Positions 41,055-50,453 of a DNA stretch of 64,000 bases are shown here, in pieces (position 1 is the stretch's first letter; every line of letters begins with the position of its first letter). Source of the stretch: Deltaproteobacteria bacterium (lineage in GTDB: Bacteria; Desulfobacterota; Desulfobaccia; Desulfobaccales; 0-14-0-80-60-11); contig VGSJ01000004.1 in assembly GCA_016875015.1 (NCBI GenBank), positions 4,084-68,083 of the forward strand. Reading direction: 5' to 3'. Made by a program: the position numbers and the translations under genes. The notes under the pieces are model-generated. The model was given only the letters and a program-made list of their open reading frames with translations. It had not been told where the DNA came from and ran no database searches.

Positions 41055-42731
41055 ATGACCCTCCGGGAAAAGCATGGGCAGTCTGGCCTGATCTTCATCC
41101 TCGTTCTTTTAGCGGGGTTAACGTCTCCTTCGGTCTCCCTGGCCCTATCGGCCCGTGACCTCATCATCGTCTTCAACCGCAACCTGCCCGAGAGCCGGGA
41201 GGTGGCCGCCTATTACGCCGGGAAACGCCAGGCGCCGGTTACTAATCTGGTGGGAGTCGAGGTTCCCGCTTCGGAAGACATCTCCCGGGATGATTTTGAC
41301 CGGAAACTGGCGCCCCCGGTAAGAGCAGCAGTGGATAAGCTCAAAGCCCAGGGCCGGACCCCGGCCATCCTGCTCGTTTACGGCATCCCCTTGCGGGTGG
41401 GGCCGGCCGCGGTCACCAAGGCCGAGGAGGCTTTCAAGGAACTCGCCCCTCACAAGATCGACGAATATCAAAAACTGGTTTTGGAACAGGTCCGGAGACT
41501 GGACCGTTACACGGGGGCCTCGCCTCCCGGGGGCCACCCGCCTCAGAAACTGACCTTACCCACCCAAAAAGTTCTCATCATGGCCCAAGAGTCATTTTTG
41601 CGGGGGATGACCTATCTGGAAAAGAAGCCTGCCACCCCGGGAGAGACGGAGGCTCGGGCGGAAGTCATGTCTCTGTTGATCAGGCTGGGCGGGACCTCCC
41701 CTGAGGCCCGCGCCTTGATGGCCAAAATGGCCCGGAGCCAGGGGCAGGAGCGCCAGGCCCTGCAACGGCAAGAACTCCTGGGATGGAATGCCGTGATGAA
41801 TATTGACGTGCAAGAGGAAATGTTTCGCGGTATTTTGCCCAAAACCGCCCTGGAAACCGCTGCGTCCATCCGCTTTACCAACGGCCTCATCGGGGAACTG
41901 AAGTTTTGGGAGGATGCCCGGCTCCTGTACGCCAAACGCCAGACCGTAGCCGCGGTGGACAGTGAAATAACCCTGATTATGGCCGGGCTGTATCAGACGG
42001 CCGGATGGCTGCCCAATCCCTTTAACCTGAGGTTCAACCAACTGCCGGTTATCGCCCGGGTCAGGGCCAAAACCCTGATGGTGGGCCGCCTGGACGGTCC
42101 CACGCCGGCCATGGCCCGGCGCCTGGTGGACGACGCCCTGGAGGTGGAAAAAGCGGGCTTGAGCGGGGTTTTTTACCTCGATGCCCGGGGGCTGACGGGC
42201 CAGGCCACCCCCGGCAATTACGTCTGGTTCGATCAGCATCTGCTCCGCCTCTCTGACCTGCTGAAAAAACACTCTGATATGAAGGTGGTCCTGGACAAGC
42301 AACCGGGCCTTTTCCCCCCGGGGTCCTGCCCCGATGCCGCCCTCTATTGCGGTTGGTACTCCCTGGCCAAATATGTGCCCGCCTTTAAGTGGAACAAAGG
42401 CGCGGTGGGTTATCACGTGGCCAGTTCCGAAGCTACCACGCTCAAGCGGCCGGGCGCCAACGTATGGTGCAAACGTATGCTGGAGGAAGGGGTGGCCGCC
42501 ACCCTGGGGCCGGTGGCCGAACCCTACCTGTTCTCCTTTCCCCTCCCGGACCAGTTTTTTCCCCTGCTCATGACCGGAAAACTGACCTTGCTGGAAGTCT
42601 ATTTCCTCACCGTGCCCCAGGTGTCCTGGATGCAACTCCTCATCGGCGACCCCCTGTACCAGCCTTTCAAGAACCATCCCGCGGTCCGGCCCCCCAAAAT
42701 CACCCAGGAAAAGGCCCCGGAGCAGAAATAG
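41055..42731 (+). CDS. Secreted conserved hypothetical protein (resembles the TIGR03790 family, from memory)
   Basis: Signal peptide GLIFILVLLAGLTSPSVSLALS, then LIIVFNRNLPESREVAAYYAGKRQAPVTNLVGVEVPASEDISRDDF. 558 aa from ATG 41055. Confidence 0.5.
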   Translation: MTLREKHGQSGLIFILVLLAGLTSPSVSLALSARDLIIVFNRNLPESREVAAYYAGKRQAPVTNLVGVEVPASEDISRDDFDRKLAPPVRAAVDKLKAQGRTPAILLVYGIPLRVGPAAVTKAEEAFKELAPHKIDEYQKLVLEQVRRLDRYTGASPPGGHPPQKLTLPTQKVLIMAQESFLRGMTYLEKKPATPGETEARAEVMSLLIRLGGTSPEARALMAKMARSQGQERQALQRQELLGWNAVMNIDVQEEMFRGILPKTALETAASIRFTNGLIGELKFWEDARLLYAKRQTVAAVDSEITLIMAGLYQTAGWLPNPFNLRFNQLPVIARVRAKTLMVGRLDGPTPAMARRLVDDALEVEKAGLSGVFYLDARGLTGQATPGNYVWFDQHLLRLSDLLKKHSDMKVVLDKQPGLFPPGSCPDAALYCGWYSLAKYVPAFKWNKGAVGYHVASSEATTLKRPGANVWCKRMLEEGVAATLGPVAEPYLFSFPLPDQFFPLLMTGKLTLLEVYFLTVPQVSWMQLLIGDPLYQPFKNHPAVRPPKITQEKAPEQK

Positions 42732-42955
42732 TCGGATAGCGCCAGCAATCCCGCCGGGGAGAGGGGAAATCATGTCAAGCGCCAGGGACCAAACTTCCCG
42801 GCTGGCGTTGCCAAGGGGCGGGCCATGGGGTAAAATAGCGCCATGCATCAACGGCGCGGTTTCTGGAGATACCGGTTGACGGGGCGGGAGGCGGCAGCCG
42901 GAGCCAACCCAGTTTTCGCCGGACCCCGGCGGGAGGAGTGCCGGCCGTGACCACC

Positions 42956-43819
42956 ATGTCATTTCTGGAGCACCTGGAGGAACTGCGCCGCCGTCTCATC
43001 GTCTGCGTGGTGGCCGTTATCATCTGTATGGCGGTCTCCTGGCCCCTGGTCCCCACGGTGCAGCAATTCATCACCCGGCCCTTGCAGGAGCCGTCGGTCA
43101 CCCAGAAATGGTCCTATGTCCTGGAGTCCTGGGTCACGGAAAAGTTCCCGGACCTCGCCCACCGGGTCGGACTCAAGCCGGAGCCTCCCAAGGTCAACCC
43201 CCACCGGCTCAACTACATGGCCCCCCTGGAGCCGTTTTTCGTCCAGATGAAGATTGCCATGATCACGGGGCTGGCCCTGGCTTTTCCTTTCATTCTCTAC
43301 CAGATGTGGCTGTTTTTTGCGCCGGCGCTTTACCCCAAGGAAAGGAAAATCATCTATTATTTCCTGCCGGTCGGCACGGTCGCCTTTGTCCTGGGGGATT
43401 TCTTTTTCCTCAAGCTGGTGTGGCCCCTGATCATCTCCTTTTCCCTGCGCTATGAGAGCGAGTTTTTGTTTTCCATGCTCAACCTGACCCAGTTTGTCAA
43501 CTTCTGCCTGCGCCTGCTCCTGCTGTTCGGGTTGATTTTTGAACTGCCCCTGATCCTGTTGATCCTGGCCCGGGTCGGGATCGTCCGGGTGGACTTTTTG
43601 CGCCGCCACCGGCGGGTGGCGATCCTGCTCAGTGCGGTGGTCGCGGCCTTTCACGCCGACGTGCTCACGATGGCGGCCATCGCCATCCCCATCTATGGTA
43701 TGTATGAACTCTCTATCGTGACCGTCCGGTTATTCGGCGGCTCCCATAGCCGGGCCGAGGACCTGGAACCGGCCCCGGCGCCGGCGGAACCGGGCCTGGG
43801 ACCGCCACCGGCGCCGTAA
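42956..43819 (+). CDS. tatC: Twin-arginine translocase subunit TatC
   Basis: MSFLEHLEELRRRLI, EPFFVQMK, YQMWLFFAPALY. The start is ambiguous (GTG 42938, GTG 42947 or ATG 42956). Confidence 0.9.
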   Translation: MSFLEHLEELRRRLIVCVVAVIICMAVSWPLVPTVQQFITRPLQEPSVTQKWSYVLESWVTEKFPDLAHRVGLKPEPPKVNPHRLNYMAPLEPFFVQMKIAMITGLALAFPFILYQMWLFFAPALYPKERKIIYYFLPVGTVAFVLGDFFFLKLVWPLIISFSLRYESEFLFSMLNLTQFVNFCLRLLLLFGLIFELPLILLILARVGIVRVDFLRRHRRVAILLSAVVAAFHADVLTMAAIAIPIYGMYELSIVTVRLFGGSHSRAEDLEPAPAPAEPGLGPPPAP

Positions 43820-43943
43820 TCCCCGGGTGGTCTTGACGATCCGGTCCGGGGCCAGGAAGCTCCTCGCCTTGAATTGCCTGCCCCGGATGCGGCCGCAGAC
43901 TTCAGGCGCGGTCCCGCCGGGAGGGCCGGGAGGCCCAATTAGA

Positions 43944-43971
43944 TTGACATCTTGATGATCTGACTTATATA
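43944..43971 (+). promoter_or_regulatory. Sigma70-like promoter upstream of plsB
   Basis: TTGACA (43944-43949), 16-nt spacer, TATATA (43966-43971). About 40 nt before the ATG. Confidence 0.45.
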
Positions 43972-44010
43972 TTCATTATCTGAATCTGAGGACAGCAGTA
44001 AGGTTATTGC

Positions 44011-46701
44011 ATGAGCGCCGACCTGGAAAAACCGGGGACCGATGGGCCTGAGGCCGACAAGCCCAGAACCTGGATGGGACGGATCCTCAGCCGCCTGGCC
44101 GGCTGGCTGGGGGGGCAGGAGTTCCATTATGCCGGGTACCTGCCCAGCCGCCCGGGGTTCCTGTTACGCTATACCCTGGACCCGTTCTTCAAACGGGTCG
44201 CGGTACACCCGCGCTATCTGGAGCGGCTGCGTGACCTGGCCAGCCAGGGAGCCGTGGTCTATGCCCTGAAATACCGCAGCCATCTGGACTTCCTGTTTTT
44301 TAACCGGCGCTACCAGAAGCTGGGAGTGATTGCCCCGGAGGTGGCCTTTGACCTGAATCTCTGGATGTGGCAGCCCCTGTCGCACCTGGTGCAGATCATC
44401 TCCGCCGCGGTCAATTATTTTACCCGGCGCCGGTCCTGGCCCAATCCTTTCCAGGATGGCTATTTCCACAAGACCATCCAGGAAAAGCGCGGCTCCCTCC
44501 TCTTCCTGGTGGACCAGGTGGGGTTCCGGCAGCGTTTCCTCAAGCCCCGGGAAGACCCCATCCGCCATCTCCTGGAGATCCAGTTGCAGATGGATTTCCC
44601 CATTTTCCTGGTCCCCCAGATGATCATGTATGAGAAGGCGCCTTTCCGGGAAAACAAGAGCCTGTGGCAGCTCTTTTTCGGGGACAGCGAAAATCCCGGC
44701 AGGTTGCGGAAACTGGGCCTGTGCCTCCTCAGGGCCAAGAGCGCCGTGGTGGAGGTGGCGGAGCCGGTGGATCTCAAGGAGTTCCTGGCCACCGCGCCCA
44801 CGGACGGCCGCCTGCGGGACCTGGCCCAGCAAATCCGGCGAGAGCTGATTCATCGCCTGGACGTGCAGCGCCGGGTAATTACCGGACCGGTGATGAAATC
44901 CCGGGAAGAAGAAATGGAACTCACCCTCACCGACCCGGCCCTGACCCGCGTCATGGAGCATGTCGCGGAAACCAAGAAAAAGAAACTGGCCAAGGTAAAA
45001 AAGACGGCCCAGGATTACTTTTGGGAGATGTCCGCTGATCCCCACGTTTTTTACGTCAGCACCATGCATCGCCTGGTGAGTTACCTGTCCCGCCACCTGT
45101 TTGACGGCATTGCCTTTGACACCAAGGGATTCGACAAAGTGCGGCAGGCCAGCCAGCGGGGCAGCCTGATCTTCGTACCCTGCCACAAAAGCCATCTGGA
45201 CTACCTCATCCTCAACAACCTCATCTACAAACACCATATGCAGTCCCCCCGTATCGCGGCGGGCAAGAACCTCTCCTTCTGGCCCCTGGGCCCCATCTTC
45301 CGTGGCTCCGGCGTCTTTTTCATCCGGCGCCGGTTCCTGGGCGGCAAGCTTTATGCCGAGGTCCTCCACACCTACATCAAAACCCTGATCAAAACCGGCT
45401 ACAATCTTGAGTTCTTCATTGAGGGGGGACGCAGCCGCACCGGCAAACTGGTGCTGCCCAAGCTGGGGCTGCTCAACATGGTCCTCCGGGCCTACGACGA
45501 AGGGGCCGCGCCCGATATCCTCTTTGTGCCCACCTTCATCGGCTATGACCAGGTGCTGGAGGAAAAAGCCTACCTCCGGGAGCTGGAGGGCGGCAAAAAA
45601 GAAGCGGAAACAGTGGGCCAGCTGGTCAATGCCAGAAAATTCCTCAAGAAACGTTACGGCCGGGCTTACATCCAGTTCAGCGAACCCCTTTCCCTGAAGG
45701 ACTACATGGCCCAGCTGCCGCCACCGGAAAGCGGCGACCTTCAGGCCCGCCAACACGGCCAGGAGTTGTCCTATCGCATCATCCAGGCCATTAACCAGAT
45801 TTCCGTAGTCACCCCCTTTTCTCTGGTCTGCGCCGCGCTGCTCACTTATCCCCGCAAAGGCGTCTACCGCCGGGAGTTGCTGCAAATCATCCAGGTGCTC
45901 TACGATTATCTCAAGGCCCAGGGGGTGCCCGAGGCCGATTCCCTGGAAGACCTCACCCAGGCGGTGGAGGATAATTTGGCCGTGTGTGAATCCCGCAAGC
46001 TCGTCACCCCCATCGAAAAGGAAGAGGGCCTCACCGATGAGCTGGGACTGGGCGGCTACAGCATCGATGAGACCAAACGCCCCCTGCTGGAGTACTACAA
46101 AAACAACATCCTCCATTTCTTCTTGCCCGTGGCCATGGTCTCGCTCTCCATCCTGGCCCGCCAGGGGTTCGAGTTCAACCGGGAACAAATCCTGGAGGAT
46201 TATGGCTTCCTGCAGGATTTTTTCCGGAACGAGTTCATCTTCAGCGACCAGGACCAGGAGAGCCAGGTGAGACAAACCCTGGACTACTTGAACGCCCGGG
46301 GGGTAGTGATCAATCTCGACCCCCATGAGGCTTCCTATACCCTGTCGGCTTCCGGCCTCAAGGAACTGGCCTACTTCGCCAACCTGCTGTTCAACTACCT
46401 GGAGTCCTACTGGGTCGTGTTTCGCTCCATCAAGTATCTCCAGAAAAAGCCCCGGAGCGAGAAGGAATTTTTGAAGCGCATTCAGTCCATCGGCCAGAAA
46501 CTCCACAAGCTGGGAGAGGTGGAGCGGACCGAGGCCCTGTCGGAAGCTACCTTCCAAAATGCCGTGAAAATTTTCGGGGAAAAGGGGATCGTCCTAAAAA
46601 AGGCCCCGGAAGGCAAGGGCGCCACCACCTTCAGCCGGCCTGCCGACGAAGACGCCAGAGAATACTACGGCCGCCAGCTGGCAAGGTTTTTGCGCCGGTA
46701 G
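44011..46701 (+). CDS. plsB: Glycerol-3-phosphate acyltransferase (PlsB-type)
   Basis: 896 aa. HX4D motif VPCHKSHLDYLILN, FFIRR and IEGGRSRTGK blocks. Confidence 0.8.
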   Translation: MSADLEKPGTDGPEADKPRTWMGRILSRLAGWLGGQEFHYAGYLPSRPGFLLRYTLDPFFKRVAVHPRYLERLRDLASQGAVVYALKYRSHLDFLFFNRRYQKLGVIAPEVAFDLNLWMWQPLSHLVQIISAAVNYFTRRRSWPNPFQDGYFHKTIQEKRGSLLFLVDQVGFRQRFLKPREDPIRHLLEIQLQMDFPIFLVPQMIMYEKAPFRENKSLWQLFFGDSENPGRLRKLGLCLLRAKSAVVEVAEPVDLKEFLATAPTDGRLRDLAQQIRRELIHRLDVQRRVITGPVMKSREEEMELTLTDPALTRVMEHVAETKKKKLAKVKKTAQDYFWEMSADPHVFYVSTMHRLVSYLSRHLFDGIAFDTKGFDKVRQASQRGSLIFVPCHKSHLDYLILNNLIYKHHMQSPRIAAGKNLSFWPLGPIFRGSGVFFIRRRFLGGKLYAEVLHTYIKTLIKTGYNLEFFIEGGRSRTGKLVLPKLGLLNMVLRAYDEGAAPDILFVPTFIGYDQVLEEKAYLRELEGGKKEAETVGQLVNARKFLKKRYGRAYIQFSEPLSLKDYMAQLPPPESGDLQARQHGQELSYRIIQAINQISVVTPFSLVCAALLTYPRKGVYRRELLQIIQVLYDYLKAQGVPEADSLEDLTQAVEDNLAVCESRKLVTPIEKEEGLTDELGLGGYSIDETKRPLLEYYKNNILHFFLPVAMVSLSILARQGFEFNREQILEDYGFLQDFFRNEFIFSDQDQESQVRQTLDYLNARGVVINLDPHEASYTLSASGLKELAYFANLLFNYLESYWVVFRSIKYLQKKPRSEKEFLKRIQSIGQKLHKLGEVERTEALSEATFQNAVKIFGEKGIVLKKAPEGKGATTFSRPADEDAREYYGRQLARFLRR

Positions 46702-46741
46702 GGGGTAAGAGAACAGCTTCAGGGGAAGGCCCAGGGACACT

Positions 46742-46777
46742 TACAGAAAATACAGAAAATACAGAAAAGCAGAAAAG
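46742..46777 (+). repeat. Short tandem repeat (TACAGAAAA, about 4 units)
   Basis: Sequence tacagaaaa tacagaaaa tacagaaaag cagaaaag, just after the plsB stop. Confidence 0.7.
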
Positions 46778-46810
46778 TCAGTGGGGCGGGCCGCCGGGCC
46801 CGCCGCCTTC

Positions 46811-46868
46811 GGTGGAACAGGCTTCCAGCCTAGGCGCCGCACCGGCAAGATGCCGGTGCCACCAATTT
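46811..46868. repeat. REP family E composite (inverted relative to 31767-31823)
   Basis: Sequence ggtggaacaggcttccagcctaggcgccgcaccggcaagatgccggtgccaccaatt. Confidence 0.8.
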
Positions 46869-46890
46869 AAAGACCTTTTACCCTGAAAAA

Positions 46891-46966
46891 ATCCAAATCC
46901 CCCTAAATCCCCCTTTTCCAAAGGGGGACTTTGACCCCCCCTTTGAAAAAGGGGGCCCGGGGGGAT
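46891..46966. repeat. REP family B composite
   Basis: Sequence atccaaatccccctaaatcccccttttccaaagggggactttgacccccctttgaaaaagggggcccgggggg. Confidence 0.8.
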
Positions 46967-47091
46967 TTTTTATTGCCGGGGGTGAGCCGCCGTTGGCTCA
47001 GGGTCGTTTCAAGGCCGTGGATTGACGAGAAGCTCAAGGGGCTGACGAAATTTGACGAACGCCACCGTCCGCATCTGAAAAACCGGACTAA

Positions 47092-47830
47092 TACCAATTC
47101 TAGTTTTTAATGAAACAAATAGGAGCAGTGGCAGAGATCTTTTAGTTTATGGGTTTCAAGATCCGACAATTCTTGGGCCACAGCATTCATAAGTTCAGCC
47201 TCAGAAGAGAAAAGACGGTTTCGGCAAATGTGTCTTTTCAACCACTGCCATAATTTTTCTGCCGGGTTTAGTTCTGGAGAATATGGTGGCAACAAATGAA
47301 AACGAATATTTTTAGGAACTTGTAATGTCTTGGATTTATGCCAGCCGGCTTGATCCACACCTTTTGTTTGAACCCTAATTTTCGAACCACGTGCCAAATA
47401 GCAGCCTGGCTCATTTGCACACCAAATTCTGTGGATACCGCCGCTTTTAATTTGGCCAGGGTCCAATGGATAAACTCTCCCTGATGAGTACGGCCTTCTT
47501 CCAGCCAGCGGCCTACTTGCTGGAGTTGTTCCGGGCTGAGTTTGGCAGGCTTATGACCCTTTGTTTCATCCATTAACCCTTCTACGCCTTTGGAGGAAAA
47601 GCGTTTTGTCCACCGCCATAGCGAGACCCGACTTGTTCCCAAAATGCTGGTCACCAGATGGATAGGATGATGGGCGCTGCTAATAATTGCTTGTAATCGT
47701 AAGCAAATTTTGTGATCCGGGACATTATTTAATGCTTCTTTGGCTTTTTGGATTAAATCACCATTGATCACCTCTTTAGGACGCGGCATGGCTTTCCCTC
47801 CCATCCCAGTTTTTAGGATGAGAGAATGTA
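47092..47830 (-). mobile_element. Internally deleted IS630-family element (boundaries approximate)
   Basis: Two overlapping minus frames (47268-47789 and 47107-47466). The first encodes an N-terminal HTH region: SRVSLWRWTKRF, AAIWHVVRKLGF. The second encodes a C-terminal DDE_3 part: VDQAGWHKSK and LPPYSPELNPAEKLWQWLK. Total length is only about 230 codons and the first catalytic Asp region is missing. The left end is TACCAATTCTAG. Confidence 0.75.
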
Positions 47831-47871
47831 TTCTTGTAACATAACACTAGCTGGGGCGTCATGCCTAGATG

Positions 47872-47907
47872 GCTACCGGATCATAAGCGACCCTATGATC
47901 CGGTAGC
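47872..47907. repeat. Perfect 14-bp-stem palindrome with TACCGG termini
   Basis: Sequence GCTACCGGATCATA-agcgaccc-TATGATCCGGTAGC. Confidence 0.8.
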
Positions 47908-47912
47908 AAAAA

Positions 47913-48461
47913 ATCTTTACCAGCCTGGTGAGCTGGTTCATCCTCCTGGGGGACAAGTCCATCAAGCCCGGCGATGTGATATAATTAAAAGATACCTACG
48001 GCTGGATCAATTTCCTGGGAAGCCGCTATTGCTCCGTGGTCACCCGGGATGGCATCGAGCATCTTATCCCTAATGAAAGCCTGATAACCGGCGAGGTAAT
48101 CAACTGGTCTCACAGTCAGAACCTTGTCCGGTTAAGGTTGCCGGTTGGCGTCGCCTACGGCTCGGATTTGGAGAAAGCCAGGGAACTAATGCTGGCTGCC
48201 GCCGCGGATACCCTGCGAGTTCTCAAAGATCCTAAGCCTGTCTGCCTGTTAACCGGCTTTGGAGATAATGCCGTCAATCTGGAGGCGCGGGTGTGGATCA
48301 ACGACCCGCAAAACGGCATCGGGTCTGTAAAGAGCGATTTATTCTGGGGCATCTGGCAGCGGTTCCGGGACCATGGCATAGAAATCCCCTATTCCCAAAG
48401 GGACGTGCACCTCAAATCTATCCCTGAAATAACTATCCGGACCGGGCCAGAGGAAGTATGA
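47913..48461 (+). pseudogene. 5'-truncated mechanosensitive channel (MscS-family) gene with an in-frame stop
   Basis: Reads IFTSLVSWFILLGDKSIKPGDVI-TAA(47982-47984)-LKDTYGWINFLGSRYCSVVTRDGIEHLIPNESLITGEVINWS and on to the C-terminal domain. TM1 and TM2 are absent. Confidence 0.7.
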
Positions 48462-48500
48462 TGTCCCCGATTATCAGCTAAAGAGCTACCCTGGAGAAAA

Positions 48501-49640
48501 ATGCACATGACGGCCCGTGGTGAAATGATCCTGGAGCAACCTTCAGCCGACACGCTGAAGGTGATTCTTTCCGGGGACTGGAAGCTGGGCGGCGAACTGC
48601 CTGGGGCCGATAAGGTCCAGCAAAGGCTCGAAGGCAGGCCGGGGGTTCGCAACCTGGTCTTCGACACCCGGGAACTGACCTCCTGGGACACTGGTCTGTT
48701 GACCTTCCTGATGAACCTGGGCACTCTCTGCTCCCGGCAAAAAATTCTTCTGAACCGCGACGGACTGCCCCCAGGCGCGCAGCGACTATTGGAATTGGCC
48801 CTGGCGGTGCCGGAAAAGACAGATGCCCGCCAGGCGGAGGGGCGGGTATCGTTTCTCGCCTATTTGGGCAACCAAACCGTCGAGTTGTTCCGATCCGCCG
48901 GTGAAATGCTGGAGTTCATCGGTGATGCGGTCATTGCCGTTCTGAGGCTGCTGCGCGGCAAGGCCCAGTACCGCCGCTCCGATCTGGGCTTAATCATGCA
49001 GGCGGTTAGCGCCCAGGCGTTGCCCATCGTCTCCCTCATCTGTTTTTTGGTGGGGCTGATCCTGGCGTTTATCGGCGCCATCCAGCTGCAGCTCTTCGGG
49101 GCCCAAATTTATGTGGCCGATTTGGTGGGCATTGCCATGGTGCGCCTGATGGCGGCGATTATGACCGGCATCGTCATGGCCGGCCGCACGGGGGGCGCCT
49201 TTGCCGCCCAGTTGGGGACCATGCAGGTGAACCAGGAGATTGATGCCCTGAAAACCCTGGGCATATCACCCATGGAGTTTCTGGTGCTGCCGCGGATGCT
49301 GGCCCTGGCGGTGATGATGCCCCTGCTGTGCCTTTACGCCAATATCATGGGCATATTGGGGGGCATGGTGGTGGGGGTAGGGATGCTCAATATCGGCTTT
49401 ATGGAATACTATAACGAGACGGCCAAGGCGATCGGTCTCTGGAACCTGGGCATCGGCCTTTTTTCCGGCTTGGTGTTCGGCGTGATCGTGGCCCTGGCCG
49501 GCTGCATGCGGGGCATGCAGTGCGGCCGCAGCGCCTCGGCGGTGGGTGACGCGGCCACGTCCGCGGTGGTCACCGCCATTGTCGGGATCATCGTCTCCAC
49601 CGCGGTGATTACCGTTCTGTGCAACATGCTGGGGATATGA
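48501..49640 (+). CDS. mlaE: MlaE-family ABC permease with an N-terminal STAS-like domain
   Basis: The N-terminal approximately 110 aa (LKVILSGDWKL...LVFDTRELTSWDTGLLTFL) are anti-sigma-antagonist-like. These are followed by five or six TM helices with MlaE motifs (TGIVMAGRTGGAFAAQLGTMQVNQEIDAL). Confidence 0.8.
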   Translation: MHMTARGEMILEQPSADTLKVILSGDWKLGGELPGADKVQQRLEGRPGVRNLVFDTRELTSWDTGLLTFLMNLGTLCSRQKILLNRDGLPPGAQRLLELALAVPEKTDARQAEGRVSFLAYLGNQTVELFRSAGEMLEFIGDAVIAVLRLLRGKAQYRRSDLGLIMQAVSAQALPIVSLICFLVGLILAFIGAIQLQLFGAQIYVADLVGIAMVRLMAAIMTGIVMAGRTGGAFAAQLGTMQVNQEIDALKTLGISPMEFLVLPRMLALAVMMPLLCLYANIMGILGGMVVGVGMLNIGFMEYYNETAKAIGLWNLGIGLFSGLVFGVIVALAGCMRGMQCGRSASAVGDAATSAVVTAIVGIIVSTAVITVLCNMLGI

Positions 49641-49676
49641 GAGAATGCCATTACAGCTCGTCAGGATAAAGTGAAA

Positions 49677-50435
49677 ATGACGGAAAAAGAAGCCCACATA
49701 ACAGTGCAGGATCTCACCATGGCTTATGGCGACTTTGTCCTCATGCGGGACCTGACCTTTACCATAAACCGGGGGGACATCTTCATCATCATGGGCGGCA
49801 GCGGCTGCGGCAAGAGCACCATGATGACCATTTTAATCGGCCTGAAGACCCCGGCCAAGGGTAGGGTCCTTTATGGAGAGGTGGATTTCTGGGGAGCCGA
49901 TCAACAGACCCGGGACCGGATCATTCGCCGAGCCGGGGTGATGTACCAGAGCGGGGCGCTCTGGAGTTCCATGACCCTGGCCGAGAATATCGCCCTCCCC
50001 TTGGAGACTTATACGGATTTGAGCCCGGGCCAGATCCGCGAGGTGGTCAAACTGAAGCTGGCCCTGGTGGGGATGGCCGGATTCGAAGAGTTTTATCCCT
50101 CCGAGATCAGCGGCGGCATGCAGAAACGGGCCGGTATAGCCCGGGCTATGGCCCTGGATCCGGAGGTCCTGTTTTTCGATGAACCTTCCGCCGGGTTGGA
50201 TCCGGTGAGCGCCCGCCGCCTGGATGACCTGATCCTGGAACTGCGTGAGAGCCTGGGCACCACCATGGTGATAGTGACCCATGAGTTGGCCAGCATATTT
50301 GCCATTGGCAGCAATTCCGTCTTTCTGGATGTATCCAAACGGACCATGACGGCCACAGGCAACCCGAACCAGCTTTTGGCCGAAACCCGGGATCCCAATT
50401 TGCGCCAGTTTTTAACCCGCGGCGAGAAATCTTAA
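49677..50435 (+). CDS. mlaF: ABC transporter ATP-binding protein (MlaF-like)
   Basis: Walker A GGSGCGKST, signature SGGMQKRAGIARA, Walker B LFFDEPSAGLD. Confidence 0.85.
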   Translation: MTEKEAHITVQDLTMAYGDFVLMRDLTFTINRGDIFIIMGGSGCGKSTMMTILIGLKTPAKGRVLYGEVDFWGADQQTRDRIIRRAGVMYQSGALWSSMTLAENIALPLETYTDLSPGQIREVVKLKLALVGMAGFEEFYPSEISGGMQKRAGIARAMALDPEVLFFDEPSAGLDPVSARRLDDLILELRESLGTTMVIVTHELASIFAIGSNSVFLDVSKRTMTATGNPNQLLAETRDPNLRQFLTRGEKS

Positions 50436-50453
50436 CCGATAGGATGGACACAG

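Noticed and set aside
41592-42962. 456-aa minus-strand ORF antisense to the secreted hypothetical protein
   Set aside because: This is a shadow ORF. The plus-strand frame has a signal peptide and balanced composition, while the minus frame is Gly/Pro/Arg-rich.
44164-46557. 797-aa minus-strand ORF antisense to plsB
   Set aside because: Same reasoning. plsB carries the HX4D and other acyltransferase blocks, whereas the antisense product is compositionally biased and motif-free.
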